Shown here: positions 50,513 through 60,826 of the stretch, in pieces | Position numbering within the stretch: the stretch's first letter is position 1 | Layout of the letters: every line of letters begins with the position of its first letter | Assembly (NCBI GenBank): GCA_965203805.1 | Contig: OZ241917.1 | Location: forward strand, 2,016,001-2,080,000 | Length of the DNA stretch: 64,000 bases | Direction: 5' to 3' | DNA from: Candidatus Latescibacterota bacterium | GTDB lineage: Bacteria > Latescibacterota > UBA2968 > GCA-2709665 | Made by a program: the position numbers and the translations under genes | The notes under the pieces: model-generated | What the model saw: the letters and a program-made list of their open reading frames with translations, nothing else | Told to the model about the DNA's origin: nothing | The model's database searches: none

Positions 50513-51421
50513 TCACGGCGCGCTCTTGCGTACAAGCTTACACAATGCATCCAGTGTAATGCCCTCCGGACGCATCCCCATCCGCCGGCAAGCGTCCGGT
50601 ATTGTCTCGAGGATCAGTTCGAGGTTCATCCGTGCCGGATGACCGGGATCGGAATAGTCGCGGTCGTTGTGACTGTCCGTCACAATGACCGGAAACCGGG
50701 GCTCGTCGCGCAGGAACCGGTCCAGCAGGTCCCTGATAACGGCCACATGATCATACCGATGAGGAACATAGAGCCATTCATAGCCCCGTTCGCCCGCGTG
50801 TCCGCACCGAACCGGACGCCCGAACGCCACCGACACCGGCACATTGATGAAATTGCCTTCTCCGGCAATCAAACGACATGCATGATGCGTCCGGTGGGGA
50901 TAGGGCTCCGACCCCGCCCACACACTATGATGGCCCGGAAGGACCCGGCCGGGATTGGACAGGCTGCCCCCGGCGAAGCCCAGGTCGCCGAGGACGCTAA
51001 ACGTGGCGTCGCTGGCCGAAAAGTATCCCGCTCTGAAGTAACTCGGCGGGCCGCCCAGCGCGGATTCCCACGCCTGCATCGCCTCGCCGATTATTCCCGC
51101 CTGTTCTCCGGCCGTATACGCCCCAAGGTCATGTTTGTATTTCCCGCCCTTGAGCTTGTACGGATGTAGATGCAGCCCCAGACACGCGCCGCGCTCCCGC
51201 AGGTCGAGAAGCAGGTCCGCATTCCCGGACGCGACTTCCGGATGCGTGAACAGCGTTACCGGAAAGTCGTACGAGGCCGCCGTTTCGACATAGGCACGGA
51301 TCGACCGTTCGCTTTCCCGATAGTCTGAAGGTCCGCTGCCAGACATCCGGATCGCGTGTTGCATCAGGTCTGACCTGGCGGTCTCGCAGTCCATCGTCAG
51401 CAGGACGTAGACCGTCTTCAA
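50513..51421 (-). CDS. polysaccharide deacetylase-like protein
   Basis: TMDCE, GLHLHP, FRAG. Confidence 0.7.
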   Translation of the reverse strand: MKTVYVLLTMDCETARSDLMQHAIRMSGSGPSDYRESERSIRAYVETAASYDFPVTLFTHPEVASGNADLLLDLRERGACLGLHLHPYKLKGGKYKHDLGAYTAGEQAGIIGEAMQAWESALGGPPSYFRAGYFSASDATFSVLGDLGFAGGSLSNPGRVLPGHHSVWAGSEPYPHRTHHACRLIAGEGNFINVPVSVAFGRPVRCGHAGERGYEWLYVPHRYDHVAVIRDLLDRFLRDEPRFPVIVTDSHNDRDYSDPGHPARMNLELILETIPDACRRMGMRPEGITLDALCKLVRKSAP

Positions 51422-51472
51422 GTCATGCCTCCGCCCGACGTGGCATTCTTGCGCAACAGAACCGGTTCCCCG

Positions 51473-52342
51473 TTATCCGCGCCAATCCGTGTCGATGCTC
51501 GTATAGCCATGGGTATATATCTTCAAGTGGTCCGGCAGATTCTCCAGAAACCATCGACCCGACTGCGGAATCTTCCACGGAACATCGATTCGGTGCCCGC
51601 GGTCTCTGAACCCGATGGCGCACGACAGTCTCGTCTCCCCTGTCCGGTTGGGAAACGCGCCGTGGTACGTCCGGTGCGCAAATACGATCATATCGCCACC
51701 CTGCGTAAACAACGGCACAAGCCCGGGAATGTCAAACCCGGCGTAGGGTCGCTCTTCCCCGCCTTCGGGGTAAAACGACCGCCTGTCCGCCGTCATACTG
51801 AACCCCTCCGGCCCTTCCCAACCGTCCACGTGGGAGTCCTCAATGACACACAATCCGCCATGTACCGGGCGGGATCCGGTCAGGTAGAACCATTTGCCCG
51901 ACGGCCAGAGACCGCGGTTCAAAACATCGCCGGAATTCCTGATCTCCGTAGAAAACCCGCCCCAGTCCGTATGCCAAGCCACAGGTTGAGACCCCGGCAT
52001 CCTGATGATTGCGGCCGACCGATGTACGGTCAACTCGTCGGTACCGATCAGATGGCGATGAATGGCCATGAACGGTTCGTAATCAAGCAGCGACCAGGCT
52101 CCGGACCCGGATTCAATCCACGCGTGGCGTGTTCGGCTCTGACCCGGCGCCAACGTGCCCTCCGGATCGGCGCCGTCATACACGGCCTGCTTCAGCCGCT
52201 CAACCCTGTCAGGGGGCAGCACGTCCTTGATGACCGCAAACCCGTGCGCCTCCAGACATTCGCTCATGGCATTCAGGTTCTCAATCTCAAACTCATACTG
52301 ATATCCGACATCGGGCTTCTGCACATGCGAATAATCATCCAT
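51473..52342 (-). CDS. PhyH-family dioxygenase, canonical HxD
   Basis: HGFAVIKDVL, WHTD, SH, TYHGA...R. Confidence 0.82.
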   Translation of the reverse strand: MDDYSHVQKPDVGYQYEFEIENLNAMSECLEAHGFAVIKDVLPPDRVERLKQAVYDGADPEGTLAPGQSRTRHAWIESGSGAWSLLDYEPFMAIHRHLIGTDELTVHRSAAIIRMPGSQPVAWHTDWGGFSTEIRNSGDVLNRGLWPSGKWFYLTGSRPVHGGLCVIEDSHVDGWEGPEGFSMTADRRSFYPEGGEERPYAGFDIPGLVPLFTQGGDMIVFAHRTYHGAFPNRTGETRLSCAIGFRDRGHRIDVPWKIPQSGRWFLENLPDHLKIYTHGYTSIDTDWRG

Positions 52343-52487
52343 CGCGCTCCCTCTCTGCTTCAACGTCCATTCTTCCGGTCACGTTCAAACGGCCCTTCCT
52401 TCAAGCTCTCGGATGCTTTGGCGCAACTCGTAGGCTCCGGTCGGCAGCGCAGACTTCGCGCGTCCGGCGGCGGGACATGACGTCCAC

Positions 52488-53297
52488 TCAATCCCCGACG
52501 GCCGTGCGCATCGTTGGATCCGACGAACTCAGGTAGTGGTCCAACGTATTCCGGGTTGCCGGCCGGGTACGAAAATCGGCAATCCATGGCTCGCGAAACC
52601 AGGCTTGTTTTTCTCGTGGCAGACCGTTCAGTACTTCGGGAGGCACGTTCAGCCGGTGCCAGTGCGTTGCCAGGTGCGAATAGGCGTGCAACACGGCAAT
52701 ACGCGGCGTATCGCGGGTCCACTCGGGGCCGACGTGGCACACGTTCTCGGTGAAAAACACGGCGCTTCCGGCGGGGCAGGCATATCCCATCAGGAACGGG
52801 CTCCGCTTTCCCGGTGCCATGGAAAGGTGATCGGGATGCATGTCAAAATTCGCCTTATGGCTGCCGACGATGAAATGCGTGCCTCCATCTTCCGGCTGCA
52901 CTTCCGTCAGCTCGAAAACCACGCGAACCATCCCCGCGTGAATCCGCCGGTTCTGGCAACGGTATCCGAATATGGGATCGATCTGGCTCGGACCGCCTCC
53001 GTGAAGCCCTCCGCCGTGAGACTCCCCCTTTTTTCTGACTACGCAGTAGCACCCTTCCATCCGGATCTCGGGCCCGATAATTTCGTGCAATACCTCCACG
53101 ACTTTCGGGTGATCGATCAGAACACTGGACGGCCCCCCGGGAACGGTACGGTGCTCGGGCGGCAGCGAGTCCGGATCGTGGACGATGCGATCGATCTGCT
53201 CGACGATGGATGCGATCTCATCCTGATTCAGAATAGCGGGACGCACCAGAAAACCCGTCAGGTCGAACCGAAACTTCTCTTCATCGGTCATTCCCAT
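52488..53297 (-). CDS. PhyH-family Fe(II)/2OG enzyme, HxG motif
   Basis: FDLTGFL, LHGGG, GSHK, FTENVCH...R. Confidence 0.82.
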   Translation of the reverse strand: MGMTDEEKFRFDLTGFLVRPAILNQDEIASIVEQIDRIVHDPDSLPPEHRTVPGGPSSVLIDHPKVVEVLHEIIGPEIRMEGCYCVVRKKGESHGGGLHGGGPSQIDPIFGYRCQNRRIHAGMVRVVFELTEVQPEDGGTHFIVGSHKANFDMHPDHLSMAPGKRSPFLMGYACPAGSAVFFTENVCHVGPEWTRDTPRIAVLHAYSHLATHWHRLNVPPEVLNGLPREKQAWFREPWIADFRTRPATRNTLDHYLSSSDPTMRTAVGD

Positions 53298-53490
53298 CTC
53301 GATTCCTCCAAAGCAGAGTTTGCTAATGACAGAAACTACCGCAATATATCCAAACCGCCTTCGCTTGCAAACTCCCTTCAGGGGGTCCTTATACGGGACC
53401 GAAAACAGCTTTCAACCGGGCGCCAGGATATTATCTTGTCTGAGTACAGCACAACCGCAAAGGATGTTGGAAAGCAGGGGAGACGAACGG

Positions 53491-56007
53491 ATGGGCGACG
53501 ACAAACATCAATGGGTACACCCCGCAGGATTCGTGGACGTGGCGACCCTGGAAGCGATCAGGCGAAAAATCCGGACCCATGACTGGGCAAAGAAGGCGCT
53601 GGATGAACTGAGGGAGAGTGTCCAACCCTGGCTGGCGCAGCCGCTCGAACGCATCGAGTCGCTGATGCCGAAACGGAAGATGCAGGTGTACTGGCTGCTG
53701 ATGTGCCCGCGATGTCTCGAGAGAATGAGGTTTTATCCGTTCAACGACCGTGAAGTCACCTGCCTGAATTGCGACGAAACCTATCCGCTGAGCCGGCAGT
53801 CGACGGCGGTGCATCTGACCGGCAAGTATTACGGCACGTTGTACGAAGGCTGGGGCTGCTCCTTCATCCAGGCCATGGCAAACACGGCACAGCAACTTGC
53901 ATTCCTGTACGCTCTGGGCGCGGAACGCAGTTACGCGGAAAAGAGCGCCGGGATCCTGAAACTATTCGCGAAAAATATCCAATCCCTGCCCGTTCAGGGA
54001 AGCGGAACCCAACATGTCATCTGGACCTATAATATGGAAGGCGACTGCGTCATCGTGCTCGCGCTGGCGGAAGCCTACGAACTTCTGAGGTCGTCGGCCG
54101 GCCTGTTCACCGCGCAGGAACACCGTCAGATCCGGGAAGACCTGCTCCGGCACTGGGCCGATGCCGTTTTTCGCGTCGAAACGGACAGCAGCCCGCGCCA
54201 CAACGGCATGTTCGCCTATCTGAGTTCCGTGGCGATGGTGGGCTGCGCTATCGAAAGCACGGATTACGTCGACTGGGCGTTCGGTCATCGAGAATACGCC
54301 ATTGAACGGCGCCCGCACCACCGGGGTATCCGCTGGCTCACCCGGAACAACTATCTGGCAGACGGGGCGTTCTGGGGTCTGTGCAGCGCCTACCACCTGT
54401 ATGCCCTGGGTCCGAACTGCCGTGCGCTCGTTCTCGGTCACAGGCTATCACGCCAGATGCCGGACCTGTTCCCGCCTGACGTCTACGATGAACTGGACCC
54501 GGGCAACGACAGCTACCGATCGGTGCGCGGCGCCATCAAGTGGTTCACCGTCCAGGCATTTCCCGACCTGACTGTTGCACCGACGGGAGACATGGGCGGA
54601 CGCGCCAGTCTAGCCAGCTATCCGCTCACGGCGGAAATCGGATATCGCTACCTGGACATCGAAGAAACGGGTTCGTGCCGCGACCTTCGAGACGGTGACA
54701 GAGGACTGACCGGACTCCTGTTCGGAGCGGACTCCATCGATCAGAAACCCGTACCCTATCGGAGCGCCAACCTTTCCAGCGGGTACGTGGTACTGAAGCG
54801 GGAGGCCGGCGGCAACCGTCTGTATGCCGGTCTGAACGCGCTCCAGCCGGGATCCGGTCACGCGCACGGGGATCGACTGAATCTCATCACCTACTCGCAC
54901 GACCGGATGCTGACCGGCGAGAAGCGCACCCGGTACGAAGACCCCGATCAGCGCATATACAGCGGGGCGTCGTACGCCCACAACACGGTCACCGTCGACG
55001 AAACGTCGCAGGTTCACGGCGACGCGCTAACGGGAGAACAGGTCCCGCACATCCGTTCCTTCGTCGACCTTCCCGCAGGCCAGGTGGCCGAGGCCCACGG
55101 TGACCGGGTGTATGGACAGACGGATATCTACCGCCGCATACTGATCCAGCTGGACGCATACCTGCTGGATATCTTCCGGGTGGCGGGCGGGGGGACACAC
55201 GACTGGTTCTATCACGGCATCGGAGAGGAACCTGAGATCGGTCTGTCGATGAAGGAAGGAAGCGGATTCGAACCGGCCCTCTACGTCATGAGGGGCGAAC
55301 CGCGATACATGGAAGGGTCGGCGGAGGAATCGTTCGCGGCAACCTGGCGCGTGCCGGCCGACCCTGAAACGGGCAACGGCGCTACCAGAATCGACGTGTT
55401 TAACCGGGTGACGGTATCCGGTTCGCCGGGACAGGCTGCCTACCTGCTGAACACCTATCCGGATCCGGGAAGACACAGCCTGATGGTCCGCCATCGAGAG
55501 ACTGCCGCGCCTTTTGTGGCCGTCCACGAGGCCTACGTTGAGAGACCCGTTGCCACGGACGTTCGGATGCTGCCGGGTAATGCGGCCGCGGTGGTCCACG
55601 TCGAACACGCCGACGGCGGAAGCAGGCAGGCGATTTACGAGACCGGATCGGGACCGGGAGGGCTCCGGCTGGACGGGCGTTTCGCATCGATTTGCCGCGA
55701 CGCCGCGGGCCGGGCGTTGAGCATCATCCTTGTGCACGCGACCGAATTCAGTTCCGGCCGAATCCGAATACGGTCGCGCAGACCCGTCACACTCTCGGCC
55801 GCCTTCAAGAACGACTCGATCCAACTGGTGTCCTGTCCGGCCGTGGCCTATGAAACGCTGGAGGGCCGTCCCGTGTACGACACCGGCCACCATGCGGACG
55901 TCTGTATCGAACTCCCGCCGGAGGGGGCGCGAGCGGGGAGAAAGATAGATGCCCGGCTGCCGGCGCAGACCGCGAGTGGGCCGGTCAGCATCGGCGTGTC
56001 GAGATAA
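53491..56007 (+). CDS. heparinase II/III-like lyase, no obvious signal peptide
   Basis: HN, DG.W, YH.Y, GHAHGD, HNTVTVD. Confidence 0.78.
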   Translation: MGDDKHQWVHPAGFVDVATLEAIRRKIRTHDWAKKALDELRESVQPWLAQPLERIESLMPKRKMQVYWLLMCPRCLERMRFYPFNDREVTCLNCDETYPLSRQSTAVHLTGKYYGTLYEGWGCSFIQAMANTAQQLAFLYALGAERSYAEKSAGILKLFAKNIQSLPVQGSGTQHVIWTYNMEGDCVIVLALAEAYELLRSSAGLFTAQEHRQIREDLLRHWADAVFRVETDSSPRHNGMFAYLSSVAMVGCAIESTDYVDWAFGHREYAIERRPHHRGIRWLTRNNYLADGAFWGLCSAYHLYALGPNCRALVLGHRLSRQMPDLFPPDVYDELDPGNDSYRSVRGAIKWFTVQAFPDLTVAPTGDMGGRASLASYPLTAEIGYRYLDIEETGSCRDLRDGDRGLTGLLFGADSIDQKPVPYRSANLSSGYVVLKREAGGNRLYAGLNALQPGSGHAHGDRLNLITYSHDRMLTGEKRTRYEDPDQRIYSGASYAHNTVTVDETSQVHGDALTGEQVPHIRSFVDLPAGQVAEAHGDRVYGQTDIYRRILIQLDAYLLDIFRVAGGGTHDWFYHGIGEEPEIGLSMKEGSGFEPALYVMRGEPRYMEGSAEESFAATWRVPADPETGNGATRIDVFNRVTVSGSPGQAAYLLNTYPDPGRHSLMVRHRETAAPFVAVHEAYVERPVATDVRMLPGNAAAVVHVEHADGGSRQAIYETGSGPGGLRLDGRFASICRDAAGRALSIILVHATEFSSGRIRIRSRRPVTLSAAFKNDSIQLVSCPAVAYETLEGRPVYDTGHHADVCIELPPEGARAGRKIDARLPAQTASGPVSIGVSR

Positions 56008-56077
56008 CGCCGGTCCGGCAGGCTCAGAATCCTCGTCAGGTGTCCGTTCAGGCGACGTCCGGCTTCGCCTGGCGCGT

Positions 56078-57046
56078 TCACTTCCGACTGCCGCTGGCGT
56101 CCTGAATTTTCGGACTGCCCGGACCCACGGTATTTCGAACCGCGAAACAGTCTTCGCGTGACAGGCGCTTCCCCGCCGCCCCCACGGCCTCGGCGATCTG
56201 GTCGGGCGTCTTGATCCCGCAGACGGCCACGTGAATCGCCGGATGCATCAGCGTGGCGGACAGCGCCAACTGGTAGATGGTGAGGTTGTTGCGCTCCGCG
56301 ATCGGTTTCAGGCTTTGCACCTTCGCGCATAACTCCCTGAACCGGTCTCCCTGGAAATCAGGATGATTCATCCTGAAATCGTCAAACGTCTCGTCTCCAG
56401 AGTACTTTCCGCTGAGCAGTCCCTTGTGCATGGGTGAATAGATCATCACCCCGATATTTTCCGATTGGCAAAAGGGTAACAGGTCGTTCTCCCCGGCAGG
56501 TTCTATCAGGCTGTACGGAGGCTGAACAACGTCGTACGCGCCGAAGCGGCGCTGGGCCCGACACTGCTCGACGGAATGGTTGCTCACCCCGTATGACCGG
56601 ATCTTTCCCTGATCGCGAAGTCTCTCCAGGGTTCCCGCGATATCGGCGAGCGGCGTCATCGGATCGTACATGTGAAGCAGATAGAGATCGATAGTCTCGA
56701 TTCCCATCCGTCCAAGCGAAACGTCGCAGCGCGCCCTGATGTGTTCGGGTGAAAGATCCGGATACCGGGAACCGTCCGGTTTGAAGTGGTTGAACACTTT
56801 GGTGGCCAGCACGAGTTCGTCCCTCGGCAGATCACTCACGACCTCGCCCAGCACGGTCTCGGCATACCCATCGCCGTAGGCCTCCGCCGTATCGAAAAAG
56901 TTGATTCCGCGATCGAACGCGAACTTCATCGCGGCCATCGCGTCGTCCTTCGACTGCGGCCCCCAGAACCGGGGACTGAGTTGCCACGTGCCGACGGCGA
57001 TCGGGGATACCGAAAGGCCGCTTTCGCCAAGCACGACACGGTCCAT
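56078..57046 (-). CDS. aldo/keto reductase
   Basis: GINFFDTAEAYG, ATK, IDLYLLH, GVSN, QPPY. Confidence 0.92.
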   Translation of the reverse strand: MDRVVLGESGLSVSPIAVGTWQLSPRFWGPQSKDDAMAAMKFAFDRGINFFDTAEAYGDGYAETVLGEVVSDLPRDELVLATKVFNHFKPDGSRYPDLSPEHIRARCDVSLGRMGIETIDLYLLHMYDPMTPLADIAGTLERLRDQGKIRSYGVSNHSVEQCRAQRRFGAYDVVQPPYSLIEPAGENDLLPFCQSENIGVMIYSPMHKGLLSGKYSGDETFDDFRMNHPDFQGDRFRELCAKVQSLKPIAERNNLTIYQLALSATLMHPAIHVAVCGIKTPDQIAEAVGAAGKRLSREDCFAVRNTVGPGSPKIQDASGSRK

Positions 57047-57117
57047 TGTCGTTCCTCCCATCATCGACCGATGTTCTGATTCTCTCTCGTCAAACCCGTA
57101 CAGTGCGGGCACCATCG

Positions 57118-58200
57118 CTAATCGGCTGCGCGGACGCCTGCTTCTTCCATCGTACCGAGGCCCAGCCCCCTCAGGTCAGCCACCGTGTCCGTTTCCTCCG
57201 CCTCGTACAGTTTCCAGATCACCTTAAGCCCTTCGAGGCTGGATACAGGGTCGGTCAACGGCTTCCGACCGGTCTCGATACAATCAATAAAGTGCGCCAT
57301 CTCCACTTCCGTCGGTTTGGCGTGTTTTTCTTCCATCAACACGATCTCGCGCTGACCGGGGTCGTGCTCGCCGGGCACGTGTTTCTCGACATCGCCCAGG
57401 TACACAACACGACCCGTGCGCAGATGCAGTTCCACCATGCCCTTCTCGCAGTGCGCGTGAAAGGAATATCCGAGCCGGGTGCCGCGGGCCCCCCAGGTGC
57501 CGAAGTGATATCCAAGGATGCCGCCCTCGAATTCTATGCTGACGTTACTGGTTCCCTCTCTCTCCATCCACGGCGTTCCTCGATTGGTACCCAGGTGCAC
57601 ACCCTTGACCGGCCTGCCAAGCATCCACAACAGCAGATCGATATAGTGGCAGCCGTGGCTGAAGAATTGCCCGCCGCCAAGCGTACCCGCCCTGCAGTGC
57701 CAGCTCTCGGGCTCGCGCCGGGTGTGTTGTTCGGTCCAGATCGATATCTGAAACACGTCGCCGAACGTCTTGTTGTCCACCACTTCCTTGAATTTCAGAA
57801 CCAGCGGATGAAACCGCATACAGTACGCAACCATCAGGACACGGTCGTTCCTTTGCGCGGCTTCAATCATCTCCAGGCATTCCCGTTCGCTGTTGGCCAT
57901 CGGCTTTTCCACCAGCACGTGTTTGCCCGCATCCAGGCAGCGAACCGTTACCGGATGGTGAAGATGGTGCGGCAGCACCACAAGGACGGCGTCTACGTGG
58001 TCCAGAACTTCCTCGAAATCGGCGGCAACCACCGGGTCATTCGGAAAGTGTTCGGCCACCGCGCGGGCCCGCTCGAGGTCTATATCCACCACCGCCGTAA
58101 TCTCGACCCTGTGGAGCACCTCGCTCATGCGGCTGGCGTGGGACCGGGCCATGCCGCCGCACCCTATGATTCCAACTCTTGTTCTCGCTGCCATTTCCAT
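57118..58200 (-). CDS. Gfo/Idh/MocA oxidoreductase
   Basis: GIIGCGGMA, GKHVLVEKPMA, GGG....GCHYID. Confidence 0.9.
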   Translation of the reverse strand: MEMAARTRVGIIGCGGMARSHASRMSEVLHRVEITAVVDIDLERARAVAEHFPNDPVVAADFEEVLDHVDAVLVVLPHHLHHPVTVRCLDAGKHVLVEKPMANSERECLEMIEAAQRNDRVLMVAYCMRFHPLVLKFKEVVDNKTFGDVFQISIWTEQHTRREPESWHCRAGTLGGGQFFSHGCHYIDLLLWMLGRPVKGVHLGTNRGTPWMEREGTSNVSIEFEGGILGYHFGTWGARGTRLGYSFHAHCEKGMVELHLRTGRVVYLGDVEKHVPGEHDPGQREIVLMEEKHAKPTEVEMAHFIDCIETGRKPLTDPVSSLEGLKVIWKLYEAEETDTVADLRGLGLGTMEEAGVRAAD

Positions 58201-58225
58201 TGCCTCCGTTTTTTCCCGTTCAAAT

Positions 58226-59263
58226 TCAGATCCCGTCGCCGTCTTCCCAAGCAAATATCACTTTACCCGTCTCCCCGCGATCGAAAACTGCGAATGCCTC
58301 ACTTGCATGTTCTATATGAAAGCGATGGGTCACGATTTCGTCCAGAGGCACCCGGTGCGCCTGCAGAAAAGCGACGGCATCGTAATAGGCCCCCATCGAA
58401 TACACGGAATTGCCCCTGAGCGTCAGTTCCTTTCCAAGGATATCCGCAAAGTCGATCTCGAGAGACGCGGCGCCCGCGCCCACGTAGACCACCGACCCGT
58501 GCAACCCCGCGACCGCCGCCGCCTGGGTCCGCGCAGCGCCGCTTCCCGAGCACTCCACAACGCCGGCCGCTCCGCGTCCGCCTGTCATCGCCTCAATCGT
58601 TTCAACCGGGTCGTTCTCCTTCGCGTTGATGACAACCCCGCTTCCGATGCGGCGTGCGAGATCAACCCTGTAGGGGCTGATATCCACGCCGAACGTCCTG
58701 TATCCCATCGCCTCACCCATCAAAAGCGTCGTCAATCCCACCGGACCCAGTCCAAACACCGCGAGTGGATCGCCATGACGTTTCGAGACCTTGTTCACGG
58801 CGGAAAAGGCCGTCCCCGCGGTACACGCCAGTTGCGTCCCGACTGCAAATGAGACGTTGTCCGGCAGCGGCATGCAGTACCGTGCGTCGGTGAGCATGTA
58901 ATCCGCGTGGGATCCGTCACGGGTCCTGCCGAACGCGCCCTGGTTCGAACAGAATACCGGCGTTCCCGAGACACAGACCGCACAATGACCGCACCCGACC
59001 GTGTGATAGACACAGACCCTGTCGCCCTCGGACACGTTCTCCACGTCCCTGCCGACATCGGCCACAACGCCCGCCGGTTCGTGTCCGGAAATCATGCCGT
59101 TCCGTTCTCTCGCCCACTCCCGGCTGCTATGGTATTTGTGCAGATCGCTCCCACACAGTCCGGCGACCCTCATTTCGATGACCACCTGTCCCGGCCCCGG
59201 TACCGGGCAATCGAAATCCCTGACTTCCACCTCGCTGTCGCCGAGGTAGACAACGCCCCTCAT
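58226..59263 (-). CDS. zinc-dependent medium-chain dehydrogenase
   Basis: CGSDLH, GHE, CGHCAVC, GLGPVG. Confidence 0.92.
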   Translation of the reverse strand: MRGVVYLGDSEVEVRDFDCPVPGPGQVVIEMRVAGLCGSDLHKYHSSREWARERNGMISGHEPAGVVADVGRDVENVSEGDRVCVYHTVGCGHCAVCVSGTPVFCSNQGAFGRTRDGSHADYMLTDARYCMPLPDNVSFAVGTQLACTAGTAFSAVNKVSKRHGDPLAVFGLGPVGLTTLLMGEAMGYRTFGVDISPYRVDLARRIGSGVVINAKENDPVETIEAMTGGRGAAGVVECSGSGAARTQAAAVAGLHGSVVYVGAGAASLEIDFADILGKELTLRGNSVYSMGAYYDAVAFLQAHRVPLDEIVTHRFHIEHASEAFAVFDRGETGKVIFAWEDGDGI

Positions 59264-59536
59264 ACCCTCATCTCCCGAGAATTGAATTCCCCGGTTTGAT
59301 TGCCTATCTTTGTACCCCGTCGTCCGGGGTCATATCCGAACCGCCACTTCCGATTTCGGCCGCCATACATTGCATCGCCTTCCTCGCAGAAACGGGACCG
59401 GGGATTGAAGCGGGACCCCCGCCACAGCAGCGTAGCTATGATACTGCGAACCCCGATCGTTCGCAAGGAGACATTGCAAGGGAATACGCGCAGGGCGAAC
59501 GAGGAAGTCGGATCCTTTCCAACCCCATCGGGACAC

Positions 59537-60703
59537 ATGACGCAACCAATCCCTCTGGCAGCCACCCTCTCAAACGTCGCGCCATCGCGCATACGGGAAC
59601 TGGCCGACGTCGCTTTCGGCATGGAAGGCGTCTACAAACTGCATTTCGGCGAATCCGACATGCCCACGCCCCGCTACATCAAGGACGCGGCAGTTCAGGC
59701 TCTGGACGAAGGATATACGTTCTACACCGAAAACGCCGGCCTGCCCGGCCTCCGGGAAGCCCTGGCCGCGAGATATGCCGACGTTCACGGCGTATCCCTC
59801 GCCCCGGGCGAAATCCTCATTACCGCTTCGGGCGTCCAGGCCCTCAACGTTTCGATCCGCTGCGTGATCGATCCCGGTGACGAAGCCATCGTTCTCACGC
59901 CGAATTGGCCCAACGCGGCGGCTATTGTCAACCTCTTCGGCGGCAACTCGGTTGAGATTCCGTTTGTCAGGGCGAGGGATCGATACAGGATCGACTTCAA
60001 CGCCCTGGAATCCGCGCGGAACGGGAAAACAAAGCTGCTCGCTTATACGTCGCCGTCCAACCCGCTTGGCTGGGTCGCCTCGACAGACGAACAGCGGAAG
60101 CTTCTGGACTTCTGCCGCCGCAACGACCTCTGGCTCCTCGCAGACGAAGTTTACGAGCATATATGCTACAGCGGATCCGTCGCGCCTTCCATTCTGCGGT
60201 TGTGCGACCGAAACGACGCCGTAATCGTCGCCCAGTCCTTCTCAAAGACCTATCGAATGACCGGATGGCGTCTGGGCTGGGTGGTCTCGCGCCAGGACCT
60301 GGTTGTCAGGGCTGCTCAGCTCAATGAATTTATCGTATCGCACGCCCCCGCGATGGTTCAGCGAGCCGGTGAGATTGCACTTCGCCATGGGGATTCGAAT
60401 CTACACGGGATGGTCGAAACCTGTCGCGAGAGGATCTCTTTTTGTTACGATGCCCTGAATTCGACAAACGGCGTGTCGATCAGACGTCCGGGGGGAGCCT
60501 TTTATCTTTTTCCCCGCATTGAAGGCGTCAGCGATTCGTTCGCTTTCGCGCTTGAACTGCTCAACCGGCGAAGCGTTTCGGTGGCCCCGGGCGTCGCTTT
60601 CGGCGCGGGCGGCGAAGGATCGGTACGGCTTTGTTGCGCGTCAGACCTCTCTGTACTGGAGCCCGCCATGGAACGCTTCTGTCGATTTGTAGAACAACGA
60701 TGA
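59537..60703 (+). CDS. class I/II PLP aminotransferase (AspAT-like)
   Basis: SPSNPLG, DEVY, SFSKTYRMTGWRLG; start moved to MTQPIP. Confidence 0.9.
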   Translation: MTQPIPLAATLSNVAPSRIRELADVAFGMEGVYKLHFGESDMPTPRYIKDAAVQALDEGYTFYTENAGLPGLREALAARYADVHGVSLAPGEILITASGVQALNVSIRCVIDPGDEAIVLTPNWPNAAAIVNLFGGNSVEIPFVRARDRYRIDFNALESARNGKTKLLAYTSPSNPLGWVASTDEQRKLLDFCRRNDLWLLADEVYEHICYSGSVAPSILRLCDRNDAVIVAQSFSKTYRMTGWRLGWVVSRQDLVVRAAQLNEFIVSHAPAMVQRAGEIALRHGDSNLHGMVETCRERISFCYDALNSTNGVSIRRPGGAFYLFPRIEGVSDSFAFALELLNRRSVSVAPGVAFGAGGEGSVRLCCASDLSVLEPAMERFCRFVEQR

Positions 60704-60826
60704 CAAAACGGTACTCTGATAGCGGGCGTCAGGGGCTGTTGAAGGATGTTGCCTGCGTATCAAACGACGAGCGGGGGTTCCATCGGATCGGAACGCAGTG
60801 AAACACGCAAAGAACAGGAGAATCCC

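Noticed and set aside
59264-59536. Structured ncRNA in the divergent intergenic region
   Set aside because: Only short hairpins expected by chance at this GC content; no known motif.
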